Of a DNA stretch of 64,000 nucleotides, positions 12,981-26,219 are shown piece after piece. The translations under genes were made by a program, and so were the position numbers. The notes beneath the pieces are model-generated. The model ran no database searches. It was not told the origin of the DNA and saw only the letters and a list, made by a program, of their open reading frames with translations. The stretch covers positions 78,492,001-78,556,000 of the forward strand of contig OX597819.1 in the NCBI GenBank assembly GCA_951406725.2, written 5' to 3'. The stretch is from Octopus vulgaris. Its lineage: Eukaryota. Every line of letters begins with the position of its first letter. Position 1 is the first letter of the stretch.

Positions 12981-13821
12981 TATATACATATATATACACA
13001 CACATATATATACACACATACACACACATATGTATGTGTTTTTATATATGTATACATATATATATGTGTGTGTGTGTGTGTGTACACACAAAAGGGGAAT
13101 AGACAACTCTAAGAGTACTGTAAACCCCTAGGCTATGGGCTTGATGGTGGGGGCCAAGAAAGCTCTGTGTATAAAATGATATCAAGAAGTACTAATGGAA
13201 AAAGTTATCAGAATAAGCAACAAAATATGAACCAACCTTTCTTGCGTGTATGTATTTGTGGGTGTGTGAGTGAGTGTGTGTGTACATGTGTGTATGAGTG
13301 TACATGTGTGTGTGTGTGCGTGTGTGTGTGTGTGTGTGTGTGAAGCACATGTGCTAGTGTTTATGCATATGAGCGGATACAAATGTTGGTGCTTATAAGA
13401 ACAAGTATGTCAGTGCTTGCGTGGAATGTGTACTATTGTGAACTGTCATGTGTATATATATATATGTATGTGTTTGTATGTATGTACATGTATATATGCA
13501 CATATATGTATGTATGTATATATATATATATATATATAAATGTGTGTGTGTATGTATATATGTACTACAGCTGTCTCATGTTTTCTACCATTGGGCCTGT
13601 ACGTATCAAGGTGTGGTATGGAAATAACACTTTTGCATAAGTGCCTGTGTGTATATCATCATCATTTAACGCCCATTGTTCATGCTGGGATGGGTTGGAT
13701 GGTTTGACCAGGGCTGGTAAACTGAGGGGCTGCAAGCTGATATATATATATATATATAAAGCTGATATATATATATATATATATATCTATATATATATAT
13801 ATATATCAGCTTTATATATAT

Positions 13822-14045
13822 GTATAGTTAATCCAAACATGAAAACACAAAGAGTAAACAACAACGTGAAGACAGGAACAAATATAGTATTATTGGACGC
13901 TCAGGAAGGAAGGGAAGAAGGAGGGCTTTACATTTCGAGCAGAGCTCTTCATCAGAAACATAGGAAAAGGAAAGATCCAGAGAAGGGAAGACAGTGGGAA
14001 AAAAAATCGCCAACGGTACACACGTGGTCACATTTTGAATGACCG
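13822..14045 (-). mobile_element. Penelope-like terminal-repeat (pLTR) relic with a minimal hammerhead-like motif
   Basis: Adjacent to (TA)n. Minus strand 13959-13926 reads GTTT-CTGATGA-A-GAGC-TCT-GCTC-GAAA-TGTA-AAG. Related to 14800-14935 and 29998-30190. Confidence 0.6.
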
Positions 14046-14250
14046 GAAGGGAATGGGTGAAGAAAAGTTCTTTCAAAGACAAGAGAGTGCAAGAGGGGGT
14101 ATACATACACATATATACCAGATTAGAAGTGCTAAGCAGTGTTGTGTATAAATATGAACTTGTTATGAGATTGAATATGAGTTCAAGCATATTCAGACCC
14201 ATAAAACCATTCACTGTGCTTCATCATGGAAAAAAATCCTTGCTGAAGAT

Positions 14251-14352
14251 CAGGGATTCTCAACCATTTTTTATCTATGGACCCCTTAGATTATTATTTT
14301 ATTCTGGTGGGTCCCTATAGCCATTTGATGTCTAACAACTAGTTTTATAGAT
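14251..14352 (+). mobile_element. Left end of a hAT (Charlie-like) MITE
   Basis: cagggattctcaaccatttttttatctatggacccc..., homologous to the element at 60026-60619. Confidence 0.6.
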
Positions 14353-14355
14353 ACA

Positions 14356-14587
14356 CAGGGTTGGCGAAAATTTACCTGACAGTAAATCAAAACCCATTTA
14401 ATTTCAAGATTTATTTATGTTTAACAACTGAATGAATTTAATAAAAGCATCTAAATATGAATCACCATGAAAATTGTTCAGACTGATGTCCTTCTTGGGC
14501 GACATTTTTCAAAATGAATAAATAAAATCGAAAGTTAAGTGTTTGTGGAATTTTGATTTACTGTCAGGTGATTTTTGGCCAACCCTA
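14356..14587. mobile_element. Tc1/mariner-type MITE with ~36-bp TIRs
   Basis: Left cagggttggcgaaaatttacctgacagtaaatcaaaa versus right-end reverse complement tagggttggccaaaaatcacctgacagtaaatcaaaa, in a TA context. Confidence 0.8.
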
Positions 14588-14607
14588 TATATGTGTGTGC
14601 ATATATA

Positions 14608-14768
14608 TATACTAATACATCACCTGTATTTTGTACACCACCTGTCTTCGTTTTTTGTTTTTTTTGTAAACTCTCCCTATATATATATATATATATATCA
14701 TCATCATTTAATGGAAAGCGGACGTTAAATGATGATGATGATATATATATATATATCATCATCATCAT

Positions 14769-14806
<38 letters not shown>

Positions 14807-14935
14807 AGAGTTTACAAAAAAACAAAAGACAAAGACAGGTGGTGTACAAAATACAGGTGATGTATTAGTATAACACTCAGGAATAGAAAAAGTCTTTTAC
14901 GTTTCGAGCCTATGCTCTTCTACAGAAAGGGACAA
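14608..14935. mobile_element. Penelope-like pLTR end with an inverted partial duplication around (TA)n
   Basis: 14608-14680 is the reverse complement of 14801-14872. A hammerhead-like motif lies on the minus strand at 14893-14930. Confidence 0.65.
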
Positions 14936-14941
14936 GGCAAG

Positions 14942-15183
14942 TCCTCAGATTAACACCCAAACACTGTGAAATGTTTGTATTGGAGATTCTGGCATGAATG
15001 TCAAACAGTACAACATGTTTCCAAACTTCTAGCAGAGTGAATTGTGTCATGGTGCTGTTTTTCTCACAGTCAGTGCCCAACTGACCCTACTATGCTGTGT
15101 AGTAAACAAAATCAAAAACAAACAATGTGCATGCGTGATATTAAAAATATAAAATGGTGACAGTATACCCATCGCACCCTGTA
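14942..15183 (-). pseudogene. 5' end (TIR plus transposase N-terminus) of a Tc1/mariner-superfamily transposon
   Basis: Minus strand starts ta-cagggtgcgatgggtatactgtcacc. An ATG near 15051 reads MTQFTLLEVWKHVVLFDIHARISNTNISQCLGVNLRT, an HTH-like I..CLGVN..T pattern. Confidence 0.55.
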
Positions 15184-15372
15184 TATATGTATGTGGTTAT
15201 ATATATGCGTGTGTGTGTGTGTGTATGCATATATGTATTTAGATATCTGTATATGTGTGTGTATATATACATACATATATATACATATATATATATACAC
15301 ATATATACATATATGTATATATATATATATAAAACCTGTGCTAGCGCGGAAAACGGACGTTAAACGATGATG

Positions 15373-15414
<42 letters not shown>

Positions 15415-16454
15415 TATCTATTTATTTATTTGTATACTGTACAGGCATACAATACACACATCATTTCAGCTGCACAATGGCACACACAGTGATTCACACA
15501 TAAGTGTGTATTTGCTATTACATTCATATACATGCATGCACACACAGACACACACAGACACAGTATAAGCAATTCACACAGGCACAAATTTCTGCTATTA
15601 CACTCATATACTCAATGCTTAAACAGGCAACAAAAGAACATGAATGCATACATCTCACATACAAGCACATGCATACAAACACAAACACATACGAATGTGT
15701 ACAATCTCACATACAAACACATGCATGTGCATACACATACACTCACACACACACTATTAAAGGTTCAAAAGTGCATTGCACACATTGACCACGCCTTTCT
15801 CTGTCCTCTCTGTCTCTTGCTCTGCCACCCACCCCCATCACATCAGCTTCTGAGACATTATCCAGAAGTATATATAGATGAGGACTAATAGGTCAATTCC
15901 TCCAACCCCACCTTACATACTTCAGTCCCTTTCTCATCGAGGAGAATGGCGGAAGGCAGAGGGGAGCCAGACTGGCGGCTCTTTTATCAATCCTAATTTC
16001 AAACTATGATTGTTAACCACACCCCACTGTCGTCCACACTTGCATATCCCAGAATTTCTGATCTTGTGCCAAAAAAAAAAAAAAATCGTCATTCTCATTA
16101 TTATCATTATTATTATTATTATTTAAGGAAGCAAGCCGGCAGAATTGTTAGCATGCTCGATGAAATGCTTAGTGGTATTTTGTCCATCGCTCTGTTCTGA
16201 GTTCAATTTCTGCTGAGGTTGACTTCGCCTTTCATCCTTTGGGGGTCAATAAAATGAGTACCAGTTGAAGATTGGGGCCGATATAATCAACTCTTCCCCT
16301 CCCACAAAGTTGCTGCCCTTGTGGCAAAATTTGAAACATTTATTATTATTATTATTGTTATTATTATTATTGTTATTATTATTATTGTTATTATTTTTAT
16401 CATTATTATATAAAGGCAGTGAGCTGGTAGAATTGTTAGCATGCCAGACAGAAT

Positions 16455-17031
16455 GCTTATGGTGATGAGGTAATGGGTCGTACACAATGTTTCAAGTGAC
16501 ACGGGCATTTCAAAAGTGAAAGAATGTCTCTGGAAGATGATGAGCAATCAGGAAGACCTGCCACGAGTGTCACCACCAGAAATGAGGTATTGTGCATCGA
16601 GAATTCTTTCCCCAGGATGACGTCTGAAGTATTTGAGGGAGGACATTTGGCAAAAGCAACTGGATCTGTGGAGCGCAAAGATTGGGATTCTTCACTGACT
16701 TCTGAAATTCTTGCCAAAAACAACTTGGTATTGCTTCCACACCCTATTCACCAAATTTAGCACTTGCAAACTTCCATCTCTTCCCCAAGATGAAAACTCA
16801 AAGGTTGCCATTTTAACACCAATATTGAGATCCAGAGCGAATCACAGAAGGTCCTCGATTCGCTTATGGAATACCATTTCCAGATCGGATTCCCAAAGAG
16901 GCAGGAACAATAGGACCGATATATAGCTGCACTAGGTGACTATTTCACAGAAGATGATGCTAAAACTTAAGTAGATAAGTTATTTTCTATCAAACATAAC
17001 TAGTCCGGAAATCTTTTGATACTACCTTGTA
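16455..17031 (+). pseudogene. Internally deleted mariner transposase relic nested in a family M SINE
   Basis: Fragments DEVMGRTQCF.....FKS.R.SLEDDEQSGRPATS (HTH), GIVHREF, LAKNNLVLLPH-PYSPNLA..NFHLFPKMK and YIAALGDYF. Right TIR ...atcttttgatactaccttgta. Frameshifts and stops present. SINE sequence resumes after 17031. Confidence 0.8.
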
Positions 17032-18254
17032 AGGTCAACTTGACTATACCAAACTTGCCATTTTCGCACACCTTTTAAAACAAATATAAAATCATTCAGA
17101 TATCTGACAGAGCTTAATATTTATTTAAGGTTAGAAAACATGAAGGTAAGTCTACAATTCCAGTCCCTTACCAGTTTCAAAACCCGTTTTTATTTTTCTC
17201 CTGTCAGGGATTTCTATTCATTTTTTTTTTTTTTTTTCCTTTTGTATTTTTGCAATTCAATTCAATAATGATTTTTGAGGTTTGCCTTCTATTTCTTTCT
17301 AAGATCAAACAATGTTCTGATTAAACAAGAGATAACTTTGTGTCCATGATGAAAGCCATCCAGTTCAGTGAGAAATACATTCAAAAGCAAGAAGAATGTC
17401 TTGCTAAACTGACAGAAGTCATTTTTTATTTATCTATCCATCAATCATTCTGTTATTTGCTTGATCTATTTATTTGTCATTCGATCTCACTTGGCTGGCG
17501 TTTGAGTAGATATGAGTGTATGTGTGCATGGGTGCTTCTATGCGAGAGTGTATGTGTGTGCATGAGTGCTTCTATGTGACTGCTTCTGTGTGTGTGTATA
17601 TATGGATATGTATATACACATACATATAAATATAAATATACACATATATGTATGTGCTTATGTGTGTGTCTATATATATATATATATATAGTCACAATAA
17701 TAAGCAAATATATAGACATACATATATATATACTTCTATATACATATATTCACATATGAGTATACACACATGTGCATGTATATATTTATGTGCATATATA
17801 TATATAAAACTATATGATATATACATACACACTCACAAATATATATATAGATAGATATCACTTATGCCTATATGATGTATATATATATATATATATTTTT
17901 TACAATCACACTTTTCAAGTACCAGTACCATGACTATGAACTCTACCACCAGTTTCAACAAATGAATGCTCTCCAACCAACTGGCTGATATACTCTTTTA
18001 AGCCAATATATAATACATAAGTGGCTGAGTACCCCACAGACATTGATACCCTAAATGTGATTCTTAAGTGACAAAGCTGTACCAGTTACAGCTACAATCA
18101 ACCTGAGAGGCTTCTCATTTCCATCTACCTAGTTTCACTCACATGATATCGATTGACCTGAGAGATAAGTGTACTTGTCTGAGTTACCACACTGTGGAAT
18201 TGAACCTGGGGCCTTATGGTTGTGAAGCAGACATCTTAACTACTTAGCCATGCC

Positions 18255-18291
<37 letters not shown>

Positions 18292-18940
18292 CATGCATAT
18301 AGAGGAGGTGTATGGTTAACCAGAGAGAGAGAAAGAGAGAGAAATTAGGGCAGAGAATCAAGGGTGGCTAGGAGGGAAGGTAAGGAGGGGATGAGATGAA
18401 GTGTGAGGGAGAACAAAAGAAGCACAGTGATTGAAAGAGAGGAGAGAGAGAATGAAAAGGAGTTTGTAGGATGAAGATGAAAGAAAGGAGAGAGATAAAG
18501 AAGAAGCATTGAGAGAAAAAGAGAAAACATTAGAGAGAGAGAGAGGGGGGGAGAGAGAAAGAATGAAGGAGAAGAATACAAATCAAATCAAGGATTCTAA
18601 ATCAAACCAAATGGGCTGTACATAAATCTGTGCCCTTAGGCAAGTGACTTCCCTCACGTGTATCCAGCTAATAGAGAAGAAGCAGGGGCAGCATGTTTTA
18701 CCTGTGGTTGATGCACATTCTGCTGGATAACATTGCAGAGTCCAAGAATGAAGTGGTGGCAAGAGGGAAAACAGGGAAGTAATTCTTAACTGCCATGATA
18801 AAAACTTGGACACAACTTTATATATAGATCTGAAATAGCCTATAGAAGCTTGCTGCAATGAGATAGCATGAGGCAGTATATATTATTGTCTAGTCAGACA
18901 CACAGATGGAGGACAATTATTTTCACTGATATATATATAG

Positions 18941-19221
18941 AAGCACTGTCGGTTGCGACAACAAGGGTCCCAGCTGATACATTCAACGGAACAGCTTGCT
19001 TGTGAAATTAACACCACAAACACGTGTACCCTTCACATAGTTCTTGGGGAGATTCAGTGTGACACAGATTGTGACAAGGCTGACCCTTTGAAATACAAGT
19101 ACTACTCATTTTTGCCAGCTGAGTGGACTGGAGCAATGTGAAATAAAGTGTCTTACTCAAGGACACAACACATTGCCTGGAATTGAACTCACTATCATGA
19201 GATGAATACCCCTAACCACTA
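18941..19221 (-). mobile_element. SINE family B variant (tRNA head, alternative tail)
   Basis: Shares tactcatttttgccagctgagtggactggagcaatgtgaaa...ctcaaggacacaac with 60230-60466. The tail matches 26220-26430. Confidence 0.75.
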
Positions 19222-19348
19222 ATATATATATATAGAAAACCACATACAACATATATGGGTATGCTTACCCCTCCCCCCATCCCCCTCTCTCCACGCATCA
19301 CACACACATATACTCAAACATACACAAACACGTGTGTGTATGTGTATG

Positions 19349-19378
<30 letters not shown>

Positions 19379-19379
<1 letters not shown>

Positions 19380-20046
19380 TAGCTGCATAGCCTGTTGTTG
19401 CCCAGGCAATTTTTACAATAGAATGTCCGATAGAAATTTTTGTTTATCCCATGTCAGACCATGCTTTCCCTGATAGATAAGCCTCTTGATCAGGACAGAG
19501 TTGTGTAATTTTTTGCAAAAAAACTTCATTAAGATTTTTTTTCCTTTTTAAATTATTTACATGTCTGTTCGACCATTTCACATGACATTATTCATTAAAA
19601 CTTATTGAAACTTCAGAAGTTTTTACAACTTTGGTTGTTGTAATGTCTTGCTTCTGTTTGTTTAATAAAAATTCCTCCTCCTAATGATTTTGTATTCATT
19701 CTGTGATAGACAGCTATCATGCAGAAAATGCCAGCTTCGAAATCCTGTTTTCTGATTAGGTAAAATTGGTTAAAATTTAAATCTCAGTAACATTTTTCTG
19801 CAATTTTTCTGGAACAAAGTAATAACAAAATCAGATTTAAGATGGATAATTATTTCAATATACCAAATTTGAAAATTTCGATGTAATTCTAAAATCTCAT
19901 TATGTGACAGCAACAAGGAAGACTCTACAAAAGTAGAGAGACAGACAGTTATAGGACACACTCACACAAACACACACACACACATACACACACACACACA
20001 CACAAACACACAAACACACACACACACACATTTACAAATATATATA
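19379..20046 (-). mobile_element. Degenerate non-autonomous Helitron
   Basis: ctagctgcatagcctgttgttgcccagg is a CpG-decayed version of the 3' CTAG-plus-hairpin end seen at 54897. The distal boundary is uncertain. Confidence 0.45.
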
Positions 20047-21325
20047 CAGGTAATCATGAGTTTAAAATGGTGTATAGTAGACATATGCATATATGTACGT
20101 TTTATGTATATATATATCTGTATCTATGTGTGTGTATCTGTGAGTGTTTCTTTGCGATGGACAGCGGAAAAGCCACCTACCCTCTCTCTCCTTAAAGCTA
20201 CGTATTCCCCATAATCACCTTTCTTTCACTTCCTCTGCATTTTAAAAGTTACTTATGTGTATGTGTGTGTGTATTTATGAAGTTACGTGTATATGACAGC
20301 TGTATTAATGTTATCATCTCACTGCCACTCCATATTCGTTGCTAACACAGTACTGTTCTCTCCATCCCTGATATCAGTCACACTCACTCTGCCACCACGT
20401 TTCCCTCACACTAATACTTTTTGCACTCTTCTCATTTTATCATAAAATTCGCCCAACCCCACTAGGGGGTATATTATAGATTTTTATTGAAATCCAATTA
20501 ATCTATTATTGAACTGGATTTTAGTTAACAAACATGCAAGCTTTTGTGAAGATTGGTTCACTGGTTTAGGCAGCAAGATGGTAACAGACAGAAAGACAGA
20601 AATTGCCGTTTATATATAAGATGTATATATATATATATGTATATAGATACACATACTAGGAGAGAGAGAGAGAGAGAGACAGACAGATACATATGCATAT
20701 ATGTGTGTGTATTTGTGTCTGTTTGTGTGTGTGTGTTTTACCAGTTTGCATCACAAATTAATTAAGAATGTCAGCTGACAGGCTGCAATATATCAAACCT
20801 GCACTATTGCTGCTTGAGCCAATGCTGAGTTTTTGCTGACCACTTGGCTATTGCTGGACAATAAATCACCTCAAGTGACAGAGTCAGAATTGAGACAGTC
20901 ATTGATTTATGATTCTGTCTATGAGTGGAGGCAGCAGATGACGGGAGGTGTCTGAGTGTGTCTATACAGGCAGAGCTCTGTGTGTGCGTTTGTATGCATG
21001 TGTGTGTGTCTAAAAAAAAATACAGATATTCATGTCTATATATGAAATACAATGTAACTGACCATAAATGCAAGTATATGTGCTATTGTGCATTGTTGCA
21101 TGCATATGTGTGTATGTGCACATCTATATGTAGATGTATGTGACTATATATGCAGATACACATGTCTATTACATGTGTCCATGTACAGCTGTGTGTGTGT
21201 GTGTGTGTGCACGCATGCATTTCTATATATGTTGGTGAGTGTTTGTCTTCTGACCTCTCTCTGTCCGTCTGTCTGTCTCTCTCTCTACACACACACACAT
21301 ACACACGTGGTTTCTATGGCTGAAT

Positions 21326-21813
21326 GAGGATCAGTTAATTATGATTTTATTGGACATATTCCCTTCTTAGATTCATACATTTATTGCAGCAGTCCTTCAG
21401 TTTTTCTGAGCCTTGTAAAAGAACCGAGAAGGTTGGGCTTCCAGCCAGGCCTTTTGGGATACCATTAAAGCCAGGAACTTTTCAGCAACCCCTCATACTG
21501 ACCAAATCAGACACACTCTTATATAAGTGTGCCAGCATATTTATTACTTAGGTATTTATGGTCATAAATGAAATTTAGGTTAGAGAGTGAATTATAGTGT
21601 TGTATTACGATCATCTTGACATTTTGTTTAAGCCATAGTATATCTAAGAGTACATAATCCAAAGTGTCCTCCTTTTATAATATTAAGGCCTGGTTGGAGG
21701 CCCAACCTTCAAAGTTGTTTTACTGAGCTTAGAAAAACTGAAGGACCACTGCAATAAGCATATGAATTTGAGAGGGGAACATGTTGCATAAAATCATAAT
21801 TTTACTGATCCTC
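21326..21813. mobile_element. Non-autonomous TIR element, ~128-bp diverged TIRs, GAG...CTC ends, apparent 6-bp TSD (CTGAAT)
   Basis: Left gaggatcagttaattatgatttta...gaaggttgggcttccagccaggcctt matches the reverse complement of the right arm. ctgaat lies at 21320-21325 and 21814-21819. Confidence 0.8.
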
Positions 21814-22832
21814 CTGAATTTTCTTTTGAGTGAGCTGTAGCTGTTAATTCTAGCAAGTCAACTAACCACATGAAGTGCTTCTTTGTTCTGTTATTAATCA
21901 GGTTGTCTTTATGTTTCAAGTCATCATATTTAATATCTGTACCTCTTTCTATACACTGCATAATGCATTTGTAATATATTTTTCACCACCACCACCATCA
22001 TCATCATCAGCATCATCTAATGACCATTTTCTATGCTGGCATGGGTTGGATGGTTTGACAAGGGGCTGGTGAACTGCTGCACTATATCAAGCTCCAATGT
22101 CAGTTATGGAATGGTTTCTATAGCTGGATGCCCTTCTTAATGTCAACCACTTCACAGAGAGCACCAGGACACTGTTTCCATGCCACTGGCTGTGCTGGGT
22201 GCTTTTGATTCCATGTGGATTATAGGACACCAACAAGAGATCTCCATCAGCCATGCTCTTTGGCTATGGATTACAGTTGTCCCCAAGTGCAGCTGGGTCC
22301 TGATTGGGTATGACATTAAACTGCATTTGATGGTGAGGCTTCAGCTGAAGGGATCAGGTGATTTGGGGAGTAAAGAGTAATCCCTTTGTCAAACTACTCC
22401 CAAAACTATGCTGGCCAGAGTCATCAAAAGCCCAGTTGTGGGTCAAATAGATGATCTATGACCAATACATACAGAACTTGGAGTGGGGGATGGCTCTCAT
22501 ATATGTGTCCCACAGGCCCACTGATGGATGGGTTCTACATCTTAATTGTTTGAATTTAGAAAGCAGATATATTGACTCAAAATTTTATAACCATATTTGA
22601 AAAAGACCTCTGCTTATGCTGTGTGAAGCAGGGACAATTTTTCAGATTTTCTTAATTTTTTCATATATTTTATTAAATACTTCTTTACAGAGCAAGACTC
22701 AAATACATTTAGAGGTGGATATGAAAGCTGTTCTTATAGAAGATACTGAAAAAGTTTTGCAGAAACAGGGACTATCAATTCTAATTTTTAGTAGATAATT
22801 AACATTATTATAGGAATGATCATGGAATTTAA

Positions 22833-23367
22833 ACCTTTAGCATTTAAACCAGCCATATCCAGTCTGGTGGAGGTGCAATGGAACAGTGGTTGGGGCAGCG
22901 GACTCATGGTTGGAGGATCACAGTTTCGATTTTCAGACCGGGTGTTGTGTGTGTTTATTGAGTGGAAACACCTAAAAGCGCCATGAGGCTCCGGCAGGGG
23001 GTGGGGGTGGCGATCACTGTTGTACTCTTTCGTCACAACTTTCTCTCACTCTCTCTTCCTGTTTCTTGAGTAATGCTGTGATGGACTGGCGTCCCATCCA
23101 GCTGGGGCGGGGGGACACATACGCCACAGAAACTGGGAAACCGGGCCCATGAGCCTGGCTAGGCTTGAAAAGGGCGAGGTTTTTTTTTTATATCTAGTCC
23201 TTAATATCCTGTCTGTTTTGTGTTCAATCCAACCTGATCTGACCTCTCTAACCTGACAATGTCATTTTAAAACTAAACACTCACATCATTGAAATCTTGA
23301 AGCTACGAGCAAAATAATGTCTATGAATAAAAATTACATTTGAGAGTGTAATCTGAACTCTAAAGGG
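22833..23367. mobile_element. piggyBac-like MITE carrying a nested family B SINE (22866-23189)
   Basis: Ends ttaa|acctttagcattt ... ctctaaaggg|ctaa. The SINE is flanked by a near-direct repeat atatccagtc/atatctagtc and ends in a T-run. Confidence 0.7.
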
Positions 23368-23775
23368 CTAATTAATGCTAAAGCTTCGGAGTGTAGGAGA
23401 AAGGCAGAGTAAACTGTCAATAGATTGACAGAAGGCACCAGTGTAAAACACTGCTGTATTTTTTCCAAGAAAATTCATGCATCTTTACACTTTGGCACTG
23501 AGGTCCATAAGTGTCGGCACTTGTGAATCAAGCAAAATAGATGGAGGGAGAGAAAGAGAGATTTAGGATTACTTTATCCAATGTGGCCTTTGTTTATAGC
23601 TTTGTGAATGCACGCACATGCACACACACATATGCAGATTGGATAGCATGCACATAGCAGTAATGATGAAGCACACATATACAATAGATAACACATACAC
23701 AATTGAGAGCATAGAGACACATACTATAGGAAGCATATTTGTACTTGTAAACAAAAGCATATATATGCGTACATT

Positions 23776-24175
23776 ATCATCATCACCATCGTGTAACATC
23801 CTCCTTCTCTGCTAGCATGGGTTGGATTGTTTGACTGGAGCTGGCCAGGCAGAAGCCAGCACCATACTTCTGTGTCTGTTTTGGCATGGCTTTTTATGGC
23901 TGGATGCCCTTTCTAATACCGGTCACCCTGTAGAGTGGACAGAGTGCTTTTTATGTGGCACCAGCATGCAGTACAAGCATATTCTTCACTGGCACATAAA
24001 AAGCACCCACTACACTCACGGAGTGGTTGGCGTTAGGAAGGGCATCCAGCTGTAGAAACAATGCCAGATCAGACTGGGCCTGGCACAGCCTTCTGGCTTC
24101 CCAGACCCCAGTTGAACTGTCCAACCCATGCTAGCATGGAAAACGGACCTTAAACGATGATGATGATGATGATGA
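23776..24175. mobile_element. Head-to-head inverted pair of family C ((GAT)n-tailed) elements
   Basis: Minus copy 23776-23965 and plus copy 23985-24175, the latter ending ccaacccatgctagcatggaaaacggaccttaaacgatgatg. Confidence 0.8.
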
Positions 24176-24427
24176 AGCATAATATACACATTTGAAAGCA
24201 TATATATACACATACAGTAGAAAGCATATTCACTTACACAATGCATGAATGAATGCATATATACACATACAAGTGGAAGTGTATTCAGTCACACAACACT
24301 CACGGTAAGAAGCATATGCATAAAAAGGTAGATAGCATAGACACACAGTAGACAGCACAGACATACATAAATACACATACACAAGGGACACAGTGTGAAA
24401 ACTAATTATAATCCAGTATGTTAGCTG

Positions 24428-24470
<43 letters not shown>

Positions 24471-25327
24471 AATGGCTTGTATAAACTAATTATATTACAG
24501 TCTAACTAATTGTTTACTTAACACTTTTCTATTGATACAAATGACTCTGAGATGTACTGATGATCGTGCCTCAACACAGTCGTGCAGAATGCTAGAAATA
24601 GCAGCTAAACCTATCTCAAATCACACCTACCATCTAAAAGAAAAAAAAAAGGCAGCATATCATGAACACTAGTTCTAAATGTCCTCGATGGGATGGTCAG
24701 AGCTGAAATGGTATTGATATTCATTCTCACTAAATGAGGAAAATTATAGGCAAGACTATATATGCAGGCATGGTTACGTGGTAAGCAGTTTGCTTCTCAA
24801 CCACATTCTCCCAGGTTCAGTCCCACTGTGTGGTACCTTAGGCAAGTGTCTTCTACAGACCAATGCCTTGTGAGTGGATTTGGTAGATGGAAACTATATA
24901 AATATATCATTATCATCATCATTTAATGTCCATTTACCATGCTGGAATGGTTTGGTTGATGTAGTGGGGGCTGCTGCACCAAACTTTAGTCTGGTTTGGC
25001 ATGGTTTTTATGGTTGGATGTCTTTTCTAAAGCCAACCACTTTACAGCGTGTGCTGGATGCTTCTATGTGGCCCCACATGGGGGCTTTTATGTGGCTGTT
25101 TCTATGTGTCTGTTTGTCATCCACCATCCTCCTAACTTAGCAGTTTGGAAAAAGAGACTAATAGAGTAAGTACTAGGTTTAAAAAAGAAAATAATAAGTA
25201 CTGGTTTTGATGTGTTCCACTAAAATTCTTCAAGGCAGTGCCTCAGCATGGCTGGGATTTGATGAATGAAACAAGTAAAAGATAAAATATACACACACAC
25301 ACACACATACATACATACATACAAATA

Positions 25328-25361
<34 letters not shown>

Positions 25362-25405
25362 GCGACGTACATACACTTTGTTCTCTTATATGAAAGTACA
25401 CATTT

Positions 25406-25447
<42 letters not shown>

Positions 25448-25643
25448 GATTAGAGAGAGAGATAAGTATTATCATTAATACTTTGAATATAGTAAAAATG
25501 AGAGAAATAGGAAGAAATGAAAAATATGATTTAAGTAGTTTTATGAACCTAATATAATACAGGTACCATAAATACAGTAAAATAAGATTCTGTACAGTAT
25601 TATGAGAGACAATGATCCATTTTAGATACAAAAGAAACTTTTT

Positions 25644-25702
<59 letters not shown>

Positions 25703-25857
25703 AACAATAATAATAATAATAATCATCTGTCTACAATAGGCACAAGGCCTGAAGAATGAGGGAGGACGATAGTTGATTACGTCGACTTCAGTGCATAACT
25801 GGTTCTTACTTTATGGGCTCCGAAAGGAGGAAAGGCAAAGTCAACCTCGATGGTGTC

Positions 25858-25889
<32 letters not shown>

Positions 25890-26219
25890 GTAACAACAAC
25901 AACCACCACCATATACAACGGGCTTCTGTCAGTCTCCATCTACCAAATCCACTCACAAGGCTTTGGTTTGGACTGAAGCTATAGCAGAAGACATTTCCCC
26001 AAGGTGTCATGCAGTGGGACTGAACCCAGAACCATGTGGTTGGGAAGCAAGCTTCTCACGACACAGCCACTCCTGCACCTGATTATAAATATATAACATC
26101 TAATCTATCTATCTATCTATCTATCAATATATATATATATATATATATGTGAGTGTGTGTGTGAGTGTGTGTGTATATGTGTGTGTGCCTGAGTATATAT
26201 ATATATATATATATATAAC

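Noticed and set aside
12300-13106. 268-aa ORF with (SIYL)n repeats
   Set aside because: Translation of the (GATA)n satellite.
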